Assembly (NCBI GenBank): GCA_030754805.1
Contig: JASLZO010000001.1
Location: forward strand, 1-26,072
Direction of reading: 5' to 3'
Source: Dehalococcoidia bacterium
Lineage (GTDB): Bacteria > Chloroflexota > Dehalococcoidia > UBA6926
DNA length: 26,072 nucleotides
Part shown: positions 1 through 8,535 of the stretch, one piece after another
How positions within the stretch are numbered: position 1 is the first letter of the stretch
How the letters are laid out: every line of letters starts with the position of its first letter
Position numbers and translations under genes: made by a program
Notes under the pieces: generated by a model
Told to the model about the DNA's origin: nothing
What the model saw: the letters and a program-made list of their open reading frames with translations, nothing else
Database searches by the model: none

Positions 1-300
1 AATCCGACGCTGAAGAAGTATCTCGACCGCTGGTGGCGGGGCCGGCAGTCGTCGCCGGAAGATCGCTACAAGATCTGCAAGCTCGCCTGGGAGCTGTCCG
101 GCGACGCCTACGGCGCGCGTCAGCAGATGTACGAACGTCTGCACTCCGGTGATCCCGCCGGCATGGTGGCCGGCTCCTATCGGAACTTCGATCTGCAGCC
201 GGGTCTCGAGATGGTGTCGAACTACCTCGGTCTCGAGACGCCGCTGGCGGTCGCGCCTCCGTTGCCCTCTCCCCCCGGAGTGAGTGACGAGACTCGGTAA
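1..300 (+). CDS. C-terminal fragment of a 4-hydroxyphenylacetate 3-hydroxylase (HpaB / group D flavin monooxygenase oxygenase) family protein, 5'-truncated by the window
   Basis: Frame 1 is open from base 1 to TAA at 298-300: NPTLKKYLDRWWRG...EDRYKICKLAWELSGDAYGARQQMYERLHSGDP. This matches the HpaB-family C-terminal pattern R-x-K-x-x-KLAW-x-x-x-G-x-x-F/YG-x-RQ-x-x-YER-x-x-x-GDP. Not in the supplied ORF track. Confidence 0.8.
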   Translation, partial: NPTLKKYLDRWWRGRQSSPEDRYKICKLAWELSGDAYGARQQMYERLHSGDPAGMVAGSYRNFDLQPGLEMVSNYLGLETPLAVAPPLPSPPGVSDETR

Positions 301-330
301 CCCTCGAACGAGTGAGAGTGGAGGAACCAG

Positions 331-1341
331 ATGGCGGAAATCATCTACGGCATGGGCGTCTCCCACAGCCCGCATCTGTCCACGCCGCCCGAGCAGTGGG
401 ATCGCCGGGCCGTTGCTGACAAGCGGAACCCGGCCCACCCGTTCCGGGGCGGTACCTACACGTTCGACGAACTGGTCGAGCTTCGGAAGGGCGAGAACCT
501 CGCGGCCCGGTGCAACCTCGACGTCTACCGAGAGCTCGACGCCAAGAATCAGGCGCGCCTGAAGCAGCTCGCGGACAGGTTCGCCGAGGCCGCGCCGGAC
601 ATCCTGGTCATCATGGGGAACGACCAGCGCGAGGTCTTCCAGCCGAGCCACACCCCAGGATTCCTCGTGTACTACGGCGACACCGTCGTGAACAAGGCGG
701 TCACGGCCGAGGCTATGCAGGGGATGTCGCCGGGAATCGCCGAGTCGATCTGGGGAACCAATCCAGAGACGGACATCACCTATCCGTGCGAGCCGGCGCT
801 CGCCAACCACATCATCTCCACCCTGATCCGCGAGGAATTCGACGTCTCGGCATCGAACGAACTGCCACGCGGGGACGACAACCCACGGAGCATCCCGCAT
901 GCCTTCGGATTCTTGTACCGACGGATCTTGAACGACAGGCCGATCATTACCGTGCCGATCTTTACGAACACGTTCTTTCCGCCGAATCAGCCAACGGCCA
1001 AGCGCGTGCTGGAGTTTGGGAAGGCCGTCGGTCGGGCGATCAAGTCCTGGGACAGCGACCTCAAGGTTGCCGTGTCGGCCACGGGTGGATTCAGCCACTT
1101 CGTGATCGACGAGGAGTTGGATCGCCGGGTCCTCGACGCGCTCGCGAATCGGGACGACGCAGCCATCATCGGCGAGCCGGAGAGCAGCTTCCAGTCCGGA
1201 TCGTCGGAGATCAAGAACTACATCGCGACGGCGGGCGTGCTCGACGGCACCGGCTTGAAGATGGAGCTTCTGGACTACATTCCGTGCTACCGGTCCGAGG
1301 CCGGAACCGGGAACGCCATGGTCTTTATGACGTGGTCGTAG
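331..1341 (+). CDS. Class III extradiol ring-cleavage dioxygenase (LigB family), DesZ / 3-O-methylgallate 3,4-dioxygenase-like
   Basis: GGAGG ribosome-binding site (RBS). Motifs MAEIIYGMGVSHSPHL, MGNDQ, PHAFGFLYRR, NTFFPPNQPT, GGFSHFVIDEE, SEIKN and the C-terminal DYIPCYRSEAGTGNAM closely recall Sphingobium DesZ. The substrate is not established. Confidence 0.85.
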   Translation: MAEIIYGMGVSHSPHLSTPPEQWDRRAVADKRNPAHPFRGGTYTFDELVELRKGENLAARCNLDVYRELDAKNQARLKQLADRFAEAAPDILVIMGNDQREVFQPSHTPGFLVYYGDTVVNKAVTAEAMQGMSPGIAESIWGTNPETDITYPCEPALANHIISTLIREEFDVSASNELPRGDDNPRSIPHAFGFLYRRILNDRPIITVPIFTNTFFPPNQPTAKRVLEFGKAVGRAIKSWDSDLKVAVSATGGFSHFVIDEELDRRVLDALANRDDAAIIGEPESSFQSGSSEIKNYIATAGVLDGTGLKMELLDYIPCYRSEAGTGNAMVFMTWS

Positions 1342-1350
1342 CAGTCTGTC

Positions 1351-1605
1351 GTGAATTCGCGTCGTGCGCCTGGGACGGGAGTGGCGAGCCGGCGCAGGTA
1401 CGGACTCTACGGGGTGCTCGTCGTCCTGTTCCTGGCGCATAACGATCTCTGGTACTGGCGTGACGCCCGCCTCGTGCTCGGACTCCCGGTTGGCCTCCTC
1501 TATCATGTCGTCTACTGCCTCGTTGTGGCGGTCGTGCTGGCGGCCGCCGTCTACCTCGGCGCGCCCGAGCCGGCGACACCCCACCGAGACCACGACGACG
1601 CTTGA
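1351..1605 (+). CDS. DUF3311-type small membrane protein (symporter partner)
   Basis: Two hydrophobic segments joined by HNDLWYW...LVLGLPVGLLYH. Its stop overlaps the symporter ATG (TGATG). An alternative GTG start lies at 1381. Confidence 0.75.
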   Translation: MNSRRAPGTGVASRRRYGLYGVLVVLFLAHNDLWYWRDARLVLGLPVGLLYHVVYCLVVAVVLAAAVYLGAPEPATPHRDHDDA

Positions 1606-3083
1606 TGGTCACCACGATCGTACTCGCCTACTTGCTGGTGGTCCTGGCCATCGGGACCCTCAGTCACCGGCTGTTCCGAGGCACTAGCGAAGATTACTTC
1701 GTCGCCAGCCGCACGATAGGGCCTATCGTTCTCCTGATGACGCTGTTCGGCACGAACATGACCGCCTTCGCGGTCCTGGGGGCGTCGGGCGAGGCCTACC
1801 ACGTCGGGATCGGCGTCTTCAGCCTTGTCGGCTCGGCCGCGGCCTTGATCAATCCCGTGATCTTCCTGTTCGTCGGGACACGGCTGTGGCGGCTGGGCCG
1901 GCGCCACGGGTACCTGACCCAGGTGGGGCTGTTCCGCGACCGATGGGAGTCGCGTAGCCTCGGGCTGCTGCTGTTCGTCGCGCTCGTCGGTCTGATCATC
2001 CCCTACCTGCTGATCGGTGTCATGGGCGCCGGACTGAGCCTCGAGGCGATCACCGACGGGGCGATTCCGCGATGGGCCGGTAGCTTGGTCGTTTGCGCGG
2101 TCGTGCTAGCTTACGTCTGGTCCGGCGGCTTGCGAGGCACGGCCTGGGTCAATACGTTTCAGACGTCGGTCTTCATGAGCCTGGGGATCGTCACGTTCGC
2201 CGTCATCGTGGACAAGCTCGGCGGGTTGACGACCGCGATGGCCTTGGTAGCGGCCACGACCCCTGACCTGCTGATTCGAGGCGACGCCATCACGCCCTGG
2301 CAGTTCCTGACCTACACTTGTATCCCGCTGTCCGTTGGAATGATGCCGCACATGTTCATGCACTGGCTGTCGGCGCGTAGCGCCGAGACGTTCCGCTTGT
2401 CCGTCGTCGCGTTCCCAATTTGCCTTGCGGTCGTCTGGCTACCCAGCGTTCTGCTGGGTGTTCTCGGGCGGATCGATTTTCCCGATCTCGAGGGTACCGC
2501 GGCGAATTCTGTTCTCATCGAGATGGTCGGACACTACGCCCCCGGAGTGCTGGGTGGGTTGCTGGCCGCCGGTGTGTGCGCGGCCATCATGTCGTCACTC
2601 GATTCGCAGTCGTTGTCGCTTGGGACGATGTTCACCGAGGACATCGTTCGGCACTACGCCGCGGGACATCGGTGGAGCGAGCGGCACCAGATTCGCCTCG
2701 GGCGCGCCTTTGTCGGCGTCGTCTTGGCGGTGACGTTCGTCTTGGCGCAGATCCTCGATCAGAGCATCTTCGCGCTCGCGATCTGGTCGTTCTCCGGTCT
2801 CGCGGCGCTGTTTCCACTCGTCGCGGCCGCGCTGTTCTGGAGGCGCAGTACGAGGCAGGGAGCGATCGCCTGCGTCGTCTGCGCCGTGTCCAGCTGGGTA
2901 TACTTCCTCCTGCGGTCGGGGGGCGACCCGGGCTACACCCTCGGGGAGGCAGGCGTGATGCCGGTGGTGGTCATGGTGGCCATCTCGACGGCGGCGCTGA
3001 TTGGGGTCTCACTGATCACGCCTCCCCCCGGGCCACGCGCGATCGAGAAGTTCTTCGGAAGCGTCGGATGTCGTTCCGTGTGA
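1605..3083 (+). CDS. Sodium:solute symporter (SSS) family protein
   Basis: About 13 hydrophobic helices, with SEDYFVASR, GTNMTAFAVLG, GGLRGTAWVN and AAIMSSLDSQ motifs. ATG at 1605 is coupled to the upstream TGA. Confidence 0.9.
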   Translation: MVTTIVLAYLLVVLAIGTLSHRLFRGTSEDYFVASRTIGPIVLLMTLFGTNMTAFAVLGASGEAYHVGIGVFSLVGSAAALINPVIFLFVGTRLWRLGRRHGYLTQVGLFRDRWESRSLGLLLFVALVGLIIPYLLIGVMGAGLSLEAITDGAIPRWAGSLVVCAVVLAYVWSGGLRGTAWVNTFQTSVFMSLGIVTFAVIVDKLGGLTTAMALVAATTPDLLIRGDAITPWQFLTYTCIPLSVGMMPHMFMHWLSARSAETFRLSVVAFPICLAVVWLPSVLLGVLGRIDFPDLEGTAANSVLIEMVGHYAPGVLGGLLAAGVCAAIMSSLDSQSLSLGTMFTEDIVRHYAAGHRWSERHQIRLGRAFVGVVLAVTFVLAQILDQSIFALAIWSFSGLAALFPLVAAALFWRRSTRQGAIACVVCAVSSWVYFLLRSGGDPGYTLGEAGVMPVVVMVAISTAALIGVSLITPPPGPRAIEKFFGSVGCRSV

Positions 3084-3096
3084 GGCGCATCGAGCC

Positions 3097-4401
3097 ATGA
3101 GCATGGTCACGAGTTTTCTGCGGTCCTTCAACACGCACCGGGTCGATCCCTATCCGGTCCATGTCTTGAAGAGAGTGGACCGTCCGACGATCGAGATACG
3201 GGACGCGGAGGTGCCAAGAGTCGACGGTCGGGATAGTGGGTTCAATAAGGCCGCCCGGGGCGAGTACGGGCCGCATCTTCAGCAGCAGAGGGCGCGGCTC
3301 GTCACGAAGCACCCGCTCGGTAGCGCATTGAGAGGAATGCAGGTTCACCTTCGCGACATCGGTGAGACGGACAACCCGGTGGCAGCGAATCAGGCTCCCC
3401 TCGGGGATGATCCGGCGCTGATCACCAAGCACATCAAGGAGACGGCCTATTTCCTGAGGGCCGACATGGTGGGCGTCTGCAAGCTGCCCCCCTACGCGGT
3501 CTTCAGCCGCCATCTCTCGACCGGCGAACCTGTGGAATGCGACCACACCTACGCGATCGCCATCCTGATCGATCAGGATTGGAAGACTTCGGAAGCCAGT
3601 TTCGGCAACGACTGGATCAGCGGTTCGCAGAGCCATCTGGCCTACACCAACTCCAGCTTTGTCGCCCGCATCCTGGCCGACTACATTCGTCAGCTCGGAT
3701 ACCCCGCCAAAGCGCATCACACCTACAGCTACGACGTCGTGGTGCCGCCTATCTTGCTCTGGGCCGGTCTGGGTGAGCTGAGCCGGATCGGGAGTGTCGT
3801 GGTCAACCCGTTCATCGGTCCGCGATTCAAAGCGGCCATCGTGACCACCGACCTCCCGCTGGTACCGGACAAGCCGATTGATTTCGGGCTCCAGGACTTC
3901 TGCTCACGGTGCAAGAAGTGCGCCCGCGAGTGCCCTACCGGGGCGATCAGCGACGGCGACAAGGTCTGGCGCAACGGTTACGAGCAATGGCCGCTCGACG
4001 TGAAAAAGTGTGTCATCGGGCGGACCGCGAGCAATGCGGGTGCGGGCTGCGGCACGTGCATGACGGTGTGCCCATGGAACAAGCCGTACACGCCGTTTCA
4101 TCGATTCGTGCAATGGACGATGAGAAACATCCCTCTCGCCAGAAGGTTCGCGATCTGGGGCGACGATCTCATGGGATACGGGAAGCCAAGAATCGAGAAC
4201 AAGTGGTGGCTCGACCTGGAATCCAGTGACGGTGCCCTCAAGGTACCCGAGCAGGCGGGGAACAGAAGGACCCTCCGCGCCGAATACTCCATGCGCCCGG
4301 AGATGTTGGACGGAGTATTGCCGCCTTTCCTGACCAGAGGGCAACGCGAGTCGGGATCGAACAGAGACGACGCGCACCACAGTCGACCGGACGCGGAGTG
4401 A
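3097..4401 (+). CDS. Reductive dehalogenase family protein 1 (cobalamin, 2x[4Fe-4S]; non-respiratory NpRdhA/BhbA-like core)
   Basis: Motifs YPVHVLKRVDRPT, YAIAILIDQ, DWISGSQSHLAY, AGLGELSRIG, NPFIGPRFK and TTDLPLVPDKPIDFGLQDFC. Fe-S motifs are CSRCKKCARECP (CX2CX2CX3CP) and C-X12-CGTCMTVCP. No twin-arginine leader. Confidence 0.85.
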   Translation: MSMVTSFLRSFNTHRVDPYPVHVLKRVDRPTIEIRDAEVPRVDGRDSGFNKAARGEYGPHLQQQRARLVTKHPLGSALRGMQVHLRDIGETDNPVAANQAPLGDDPALITKHIKETAYFLRADMVGVCKLPPYAVFSRHLSTGEPVECDHTYAIAILIDQDWKTSEASFGNDWISGSQSHLAYTNSSFVARILADYIRQLGYPAKAHHTYSYDVVVPPILLWAGLGELSRIGSVVVNPFIGPRFKAAIVTTDLPLVPDKPIDFGLQDFCSRCKKCARECPTGAISDGDKVWRNGYEQWPLDVKKCVIGRTASNAGAGCGTCMTVCPWNKPYTPFHRFVQWTMRNIPLARRFAIWGDDLMGYGKPRIENKWWLDLESSDGALKVPEQAGNRRTLRAEYSMRPEMLDGVLPPFLTRGQRESGSNRDDAHHSRPDAE

Positions 4402-4408
4402 CCTCGCT

Positions 4409-5608
4409 GTGACGATCCTGACGACCTACAAGCGCGCCTATGACGGGACGAAGCTCGATCCGTATCCCGTCGAGTCCCTCAAGAGGGTCGATCGTCCCAC
4501 GACGTTCATCGATGAGGAGCGAATTCAGCGCGTGGATCAGAGGGCCGGCGGTTTTGCGAGGGCCCGGAGCGGAGGTCTCGGGCCCAGCTATCAGAATCTC
4601 TTGGGGCTCTTCAAGTATCCTCTGTCTCGGGCGCAACAACGGATGGCGGCGACTCTCGCCGACAAGGTCGACGGGCCGGTTGCCGAGCACAGGGCTCCGG
4701 GGACGGATGATCCCGAAGCGATGGCGCGCCACATCAAGGCGACGGCCTATTTCCTCAGAGCCGACGTCGTAGGGATATGCCGACTGCCCCCCTATGCCGT
4801 CTACAGCCACAGCCAGGCGACGGGGGAGCCGATCGAATGCGCGCACAAGTATGCCATCGCCGTTCTGGTCGACCAGGACTGGAAGACCGCTGATGCGAGC
4901 TTCGGCAACGACTGGATCAGCACGTCGATGGGCTTTCTTTCGTATTCCACGACCGCGTTCATCTCATGCATCCTGGCCGATTACATCCGGAAGCTCGGCT
5001 ACCCGGCGCGCGCGCATCACATTCGAAACTATCAGGTGATGCTCCCTCCCATCTTGCTCTGGGCTGGACTCGGCGAAATGTGCCGCACGGGCGACATCGT
5101 GCTCAACCCGTTCCTCGGCACGAGATTCAAGGCGGCCGTGGTCACGACGGATCTCCCGCTCGCGATCGACAGGCCGATCGATTTCGGGCTCCAGGACTTC
5201 TGTTCCAAGTGCGCGAAGTGCGCGACGCACTGTCCAGCAGGAGCGATTCCGTTCGGAGAAGATTCGACGGTCGTGCACAACGGCTACGTCAAGTGGAACA
5301 ACGACGTGGACAGGTGTCTGAAGTATAGGATCGGGAATCAGTGGGGGTCCGGCTGTGGGGTGTGCATACACGTCTGTCCATGGAACAAGCCCTTCACACC
5401 GTTTCATCGCTTTGTGAGGTGGACCATGACCAACATTCCCCTAGCCAGGCGGCTCGCCATCTGGGGAGACGACCTCATGGGGTACGGGACCCCGAATCAG
5501 AAAAACAAGTGGTGGCACGATCTCGAAGCCGTGGATGGCGTCCTGCAAACTCCTGACCGATCCGGCAAGCGGTTTGTGAACAGCCCGACAGACAGGGCTT
5601 CAGACTAG
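4409..5608 (+). CDS. Reductive dehalogenase family protein 2 (paralog of 3097-4401)
   Basis: GTG start with GGAG upstream. The N-terminus aligns without gaps to paralog 1 (DPYP at residues 17-20 in both). Motifs DWISTSMGFLSY, NPFLGTRFK, CSKCAKCATHCP and C-X12-CGVCIHVCP. No Tat leader. Confidence 0.85.
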   Translation: MTILTTYKRAYDGTKLDPYPVESLKRVDRPTTFIDEERIQRVDQRAGGFARARSGGLGPSYQNLLGLFKYPLSRAQQRMAATLADKVDGPVAEHRAPGTDDPEAMARHIKATAYFLRADVVGICRLPPYAVYSHSQATGEPIECAHKYAIAVLVDQDWKTADASFGNDWISTSMGFLSYSTTAFISCILADYIRKLGYPARAHHIRNYQVMLPPILLWAGLGEMCRTGDIVLNPFLGTRFKAAVVTTDLPLAIDRPIDFGLQDFCSKCAKCATHCPAGAIPFGEDSTVVHNGYVKWNNDVDRCLKYRIGNQWGSGCGVCIHVCPWNKPFTPFHRFVRWTMTNIPLARRLAIWGDDLMGYGTPNQKNKWWHDLEAVDGVLQTPDRSGKRFVNSPTDRASD

Positions 5609-5640
5609 ACAGTCCGGCGAAGTGAAAGGAAGGAATCCGA

Positions 5641-7356
5641 ATGAACACCGACACCCTGGAGACCGATGTCTTGGTGATTGGCGCGGGCCTTGCGGGCCTC
5701 CGGGCGGCTATACAGATCCGGCGCTACGGCCTGGACGTGATCATCGCGGAGAAGAGTACCGGCCGGACGAACCTGTCGAGCGTCGCCGGCGGAACACAAG
5801 GCATCGTCATGAATTACTGGTCACTGTCCATGCCTCGAGGCCTCAAGGCGCTCTACGAGCGGGGCGTGAAGGGTGGCGCCTGGGAAATCATGTACGGCAA
5901 GGACCAGCGGATGGAGGAGATCACGGCCGTCGAGCAGATCCCGTACCAGGATGAGCTTGCCGAGTTTGGTGTTCTCAATCCCAGGGACCAAAAGACCTAC
6001 GGCCCGCCGGGGCGGGTGAGCTGGGCCACCACCGGTCCGATGTACAAGTACGCTCAGGACCAGGGCGCCAAGCTGATGAAGTACTTCAACATCACCGACA
6101 TCCTCACCGTGGACGGTCAGTGCGTCGGCGCGGTCGGTTTCGACGTCGTGTCTGGAGACTTCACCGTGGTCAAGGCCAAGGCTGTCGTCATGGCCACGGG
6201 CGGCGCGGGCGAGTGCTGGAAGCGAAACAACACGCCGACACGATCGACTGGAGATGGTCACGCCATCGCCTATCGCAACGGCGTGGAAATGAACATGATG
6301 GAGTACGAGAGCTTCGACGCCTGGATCATCTCCGAGAAGGATCAGCCTCAGTTCTGGATTCCTCCGTCGTATGCACGAACCATGGTCAATCTGACCAACG
6401 CGAACGGAGAGGACTTCCTGCCGAATTACATGGTGCTTGGCGACGGTGCCACCCTGAAACCTGGCGACCCTTTCCACATCAAGTACGGAACGCCGGTCAT
6501 TGACAACGTGGCGACGATCGCGCGCGCGATGGCCAACGAGGTTCTCGAGGGACGGGGTGATGATGGCGGGGTGCTCGCCGACTTCTCCCACGTCCCCGAG
6601 GACGCGTGGACCGCCGAGCCCAAGGGGATCGCCGGCCTCCATGCGATGCGAAACTTCGAGTGGGAGAAGAAGCCGATCCGGATGTATCCAGGAGCACTTG
6701 GATCGTGGGGGGGGATCAAGATCTCCGAAGAGTGCGAGACCAACATTCCCGGATTGTTCGCCGGCGGGGAAGTGTCCTACGGTGAGGATCTCAAGTACAC
6801 CCTGGTTTTCGGTGTCAGGGCCGGGAGGGCCGGCGCCGAGTACGCCAGAAGTGTGTCCCGTGTCGAACTGAGCCAGAGTCAGGTGAAAGACAAGAAGGAC
6901 TACCTCGACAGGTTTTCGTCTAGGTCGAAGACGGCTGACGGGAATCCGAGAGCGATCCGTGAGGCGATCCAGAAGCTGAGTATGGACAAGTTTGGCGTAC
7001 TGAAGACCGAGAAGGGGCTTCTCGAGGGCCTGGAGCAGTTGGACGACATTCGGAGGACTGCGCAGGAGAGGATGTATGCCGAGGACCCGCGGGAGCTGAG
7101 ACTGGCATTTGAATCTGACTGCATGATCGATTGTCAGGAGATGCATGCGAAGGCGGCCCTGATGCGGACCGAGACGCGGGGCGTTCACAACCGGCTGGAC
7201 CACCCCTACATGGACAACGATCGCTGGATACAGGACATCAGACTGGAAAAGAAGAACGGTCAGATGGAGTTGCGGACTGTTCCGACCCGCTCGGGCTATG
7301 TGAAGGTCCCCGAGGGCAGATTCCCGATCAGAGGCCTGAAGCAAGAGACTGCGTGA
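5641..7356 (+). CDS. FAD-binding oxidoreductase, SdhA/FrdA/AprA/NadB flavoprotein superfamily, with a non-canonical active site
   Basis: VLVIGAGLAG dinucleotide fold, KAVVMATGG, STGDGHAIAYRNG, GGIKISEECETNIPGLFAGGE, and the C-terminal ALMRTETRGVHNRLDHP helical-domain motif. AAGGA RBS. Confidence 0.85.
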   Translation: MNTDTLETDVLVIGAGLAGLRAAIQIRRYGLDVIIAEKSTGRTNLSSVAGGTQGIVMNYWSLSMPRGLKALYERGVKGGAWEIMYGKDQRMEEITAVEQIPYQDELAEFGVLNPRDQKTYGPPGRVSWATTGPMYKYAQDQGAKLMKYFNITDILTVDGQCVGAVGFDVVSGDFTVVKAKAVVMATGGAGECWKRNNTPTRSTGDGHAIAYRNGVEMNMMEYESFDAWIISEKDQPQFWIPPSYARTMVNLTNANGEDFLPNYMVLGDGATLKPGDPFHIKYGTPVIDNVATIARAMANEVLEGRGDDGGVLADFSHVPEDAWTAEPKGIAGLHAMRNFEWEKKPIRMYPGALGSWGGIKISEECETNIPGLFAGGEVSYGEDLKYTLVFGVRAGRAGAEYARSVSRVELSQSQVKDKKDYLDRFSSRSKTADGNPRAIREAIQKLSMDKFGVLKTEKGLLEGLEQLDDIRRTAQERMYAEDPRELRLAFESDCMIDCQEMHAKAALMRTETRGVHNRLDHPYMDNDRWIQDIRLEKKNGQMELRTVPTRSGYVKVPEGRFPIRGLKQETA

Positions 7357-7378
7357 CCTTCCCAGGAGAACTTGAGAG

Positions 7379-7720
7379 ATGCTGGAAGAAAAAGTCGATG
7401 CCGTCGTCAATCACAAGAAATGCCTTGGAAGAAACTGTCTCCACTGCGTGGACAGCTGCCCGGTGGAGGCGATCGACTGGGATCCGATCGAAGAGCAGGT
7501 GTCGTCGGCCAACATCCAGGAATGCATCGTCTGTCTCGCATGCGAGGAGGCCTGTGCCGAAGACGCCAATGGGTGTCTCACGATGGTGGGCGTCATCCGA
7601 AAGGAATTCACCGCGTCGCCCATACAGGACATGTGGGCGGGAACGGGGGACGTGATCCCGCCCAAGGCCGATCTGCCCGGGGGACGATCAGATACCCGCA
7701 CGTCGAAGTTGGGTTTCTAG
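7379..7720 (+). CDS. 2x[4Fe-4S] ferredoxin with a C-terminal tail (AprB-like partner of the flavoprotein)
   Basis: CLGRNCLHCVDSCP and CIVCLACEEAC motifs, followed by an extension of about 45 aa. AGGAG RBS. Confidence 0.85.
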   Translation: MLEEKVDAVVNHKKCLGRNCLHCVDSCPVEAIDWDPIEEQVSSANIQECIVCLACEEACAEDANGCLTMVGVIRKEFTASPIQDMWAGTGDVIPPKADLPGGRSDTRTSKLGF

Positions 7721-8503
7721 TTGAGAAAACGGCGAGACGCTCTGTACCCGTTGGCAGCGGCCATCGGGCTCGTCGCGGTGTGGCAGCTGGGTGTCCAGTT
7801 ATTGGCGATCCCGGACTACCTGCTGCCTGGGCCGCGCGCCGTCGCTGCGACGGTGGTGTCGGAGCGGACGCTGATATTCCAGCATGGCCTGATCACACTC
7901 TACGAAGCCGGTCTCGGTTTCACGCTTGCCCTCGTGTTCGCCGTGCCGATCTCCGCGATCATCGTCTGGTCGAAGGTTGCCGAGAAGACCGTGCTGCCCC
8001 TGATGGTCTTCCTGCAGACGGTCCCCAAGGTGGCTATTGCGCCGCTCTTCATCATCTGGTTCGGATTCGGTCCGTTCCCGAAGGTCCTGATCAGCTTCTT
8101 GCTGGCCTATTTCCCCATCGTGATCGAGATGGTCACCGGGTTGAGAGATGTGAACCCCACCGTCCTGGACCTGGCGAGATCCATGTCCATCACTCCCTTC
8201 CAGACGTTCACGAAGATACGGATCCCAAATTCACTCCCGTATCTGTTCAGCGGGCTGAAGTTGGGCGCGCTGCTCTCGCTGGTCGGAGCCATCGTGGCAG
8301 AGTTCATGGGGTCGATGGACGGTCTGGGGTACCTCGTCCTCTATGCGAACGACCGGATGGATACGACGCTGTGCTTTGCCGTGCTCGTCGTGCTCCTACT
8401 CCTGGGCAAGGCGCTGTTCTCCGTCGTGGAATGGGTCGAGCGGTACGCGATTGCATGGCATGTCGTCGTTCGGGAGAACGAGCAGATCATGTTCACCACG
8501 TAG
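7721..8503 (+). CDS. ABC transporter permease 1, NitT/TauT (SsuC/TauC) family
   Basis: Motifs PDYLLPGP, PKVAIAPLFIIWFGFG, the EAA-like LDLARSM...KIRIPNSLPYLFSG loop, and GAIVAEF...GLG. The TTG start directly follows the ferredoxin stop. Confidence 0.9.
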   Translation: MRKRRDALYPLAAAIGLVAVWQLGVQLLAIPDYLLPGPRAVAATVVSERTLIFQHGLITLYEAGLGFTLALVFAVPISAIIVWSKVAEKTVLPLMVFLQTVPKVAIAPLFIIWFGFGPFPKVLISFLLAYFPIVIEMVTGLRDVNPTVLDLARSMSITPFQTFTKIRIPNSLPYLFSGLKLGALLSLVGAIVAEFMGSMDGLGYLVLYANDRMDTTLCFAVLVVLLLLGKALFSVVEWVERYAIAWHVVVRENEQIMFTT

Positions 8504-8535
8504 GGGTACAGCTCAGGATGAGGAGTTCGGGGGAG

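Noticed and set aside
3097-5608. Organohalide respiration (PceA/TceA-type RdhAB)
   Set aside because: There is no twin-arginine leader and no small RdhB membrane-anchor gene. The motifs and the oxygenase context fit catabolic RDases.
3097-5608. Epoxyqueuosine reductase (QueG) as the identity of the B12/Fe-S proteins
   Set aside because: The RVDRPT, DWIS...Y, GPRFK and KPIDFG motifs and the CX12CX2CX3CP second cluster fit the RdhA branch, and there is no tRNA-modification context.
5641-7720. True succinate dehydrogenase/fumarate reductase or dissimilatory APS reductase
   Set aside because: The catalytic His/Arg motifs and covalent-FAD His are absent, there are no SdhB/C/D genes and no sat/qmo/dsr context, and I recognise no AprA-specific motifs.
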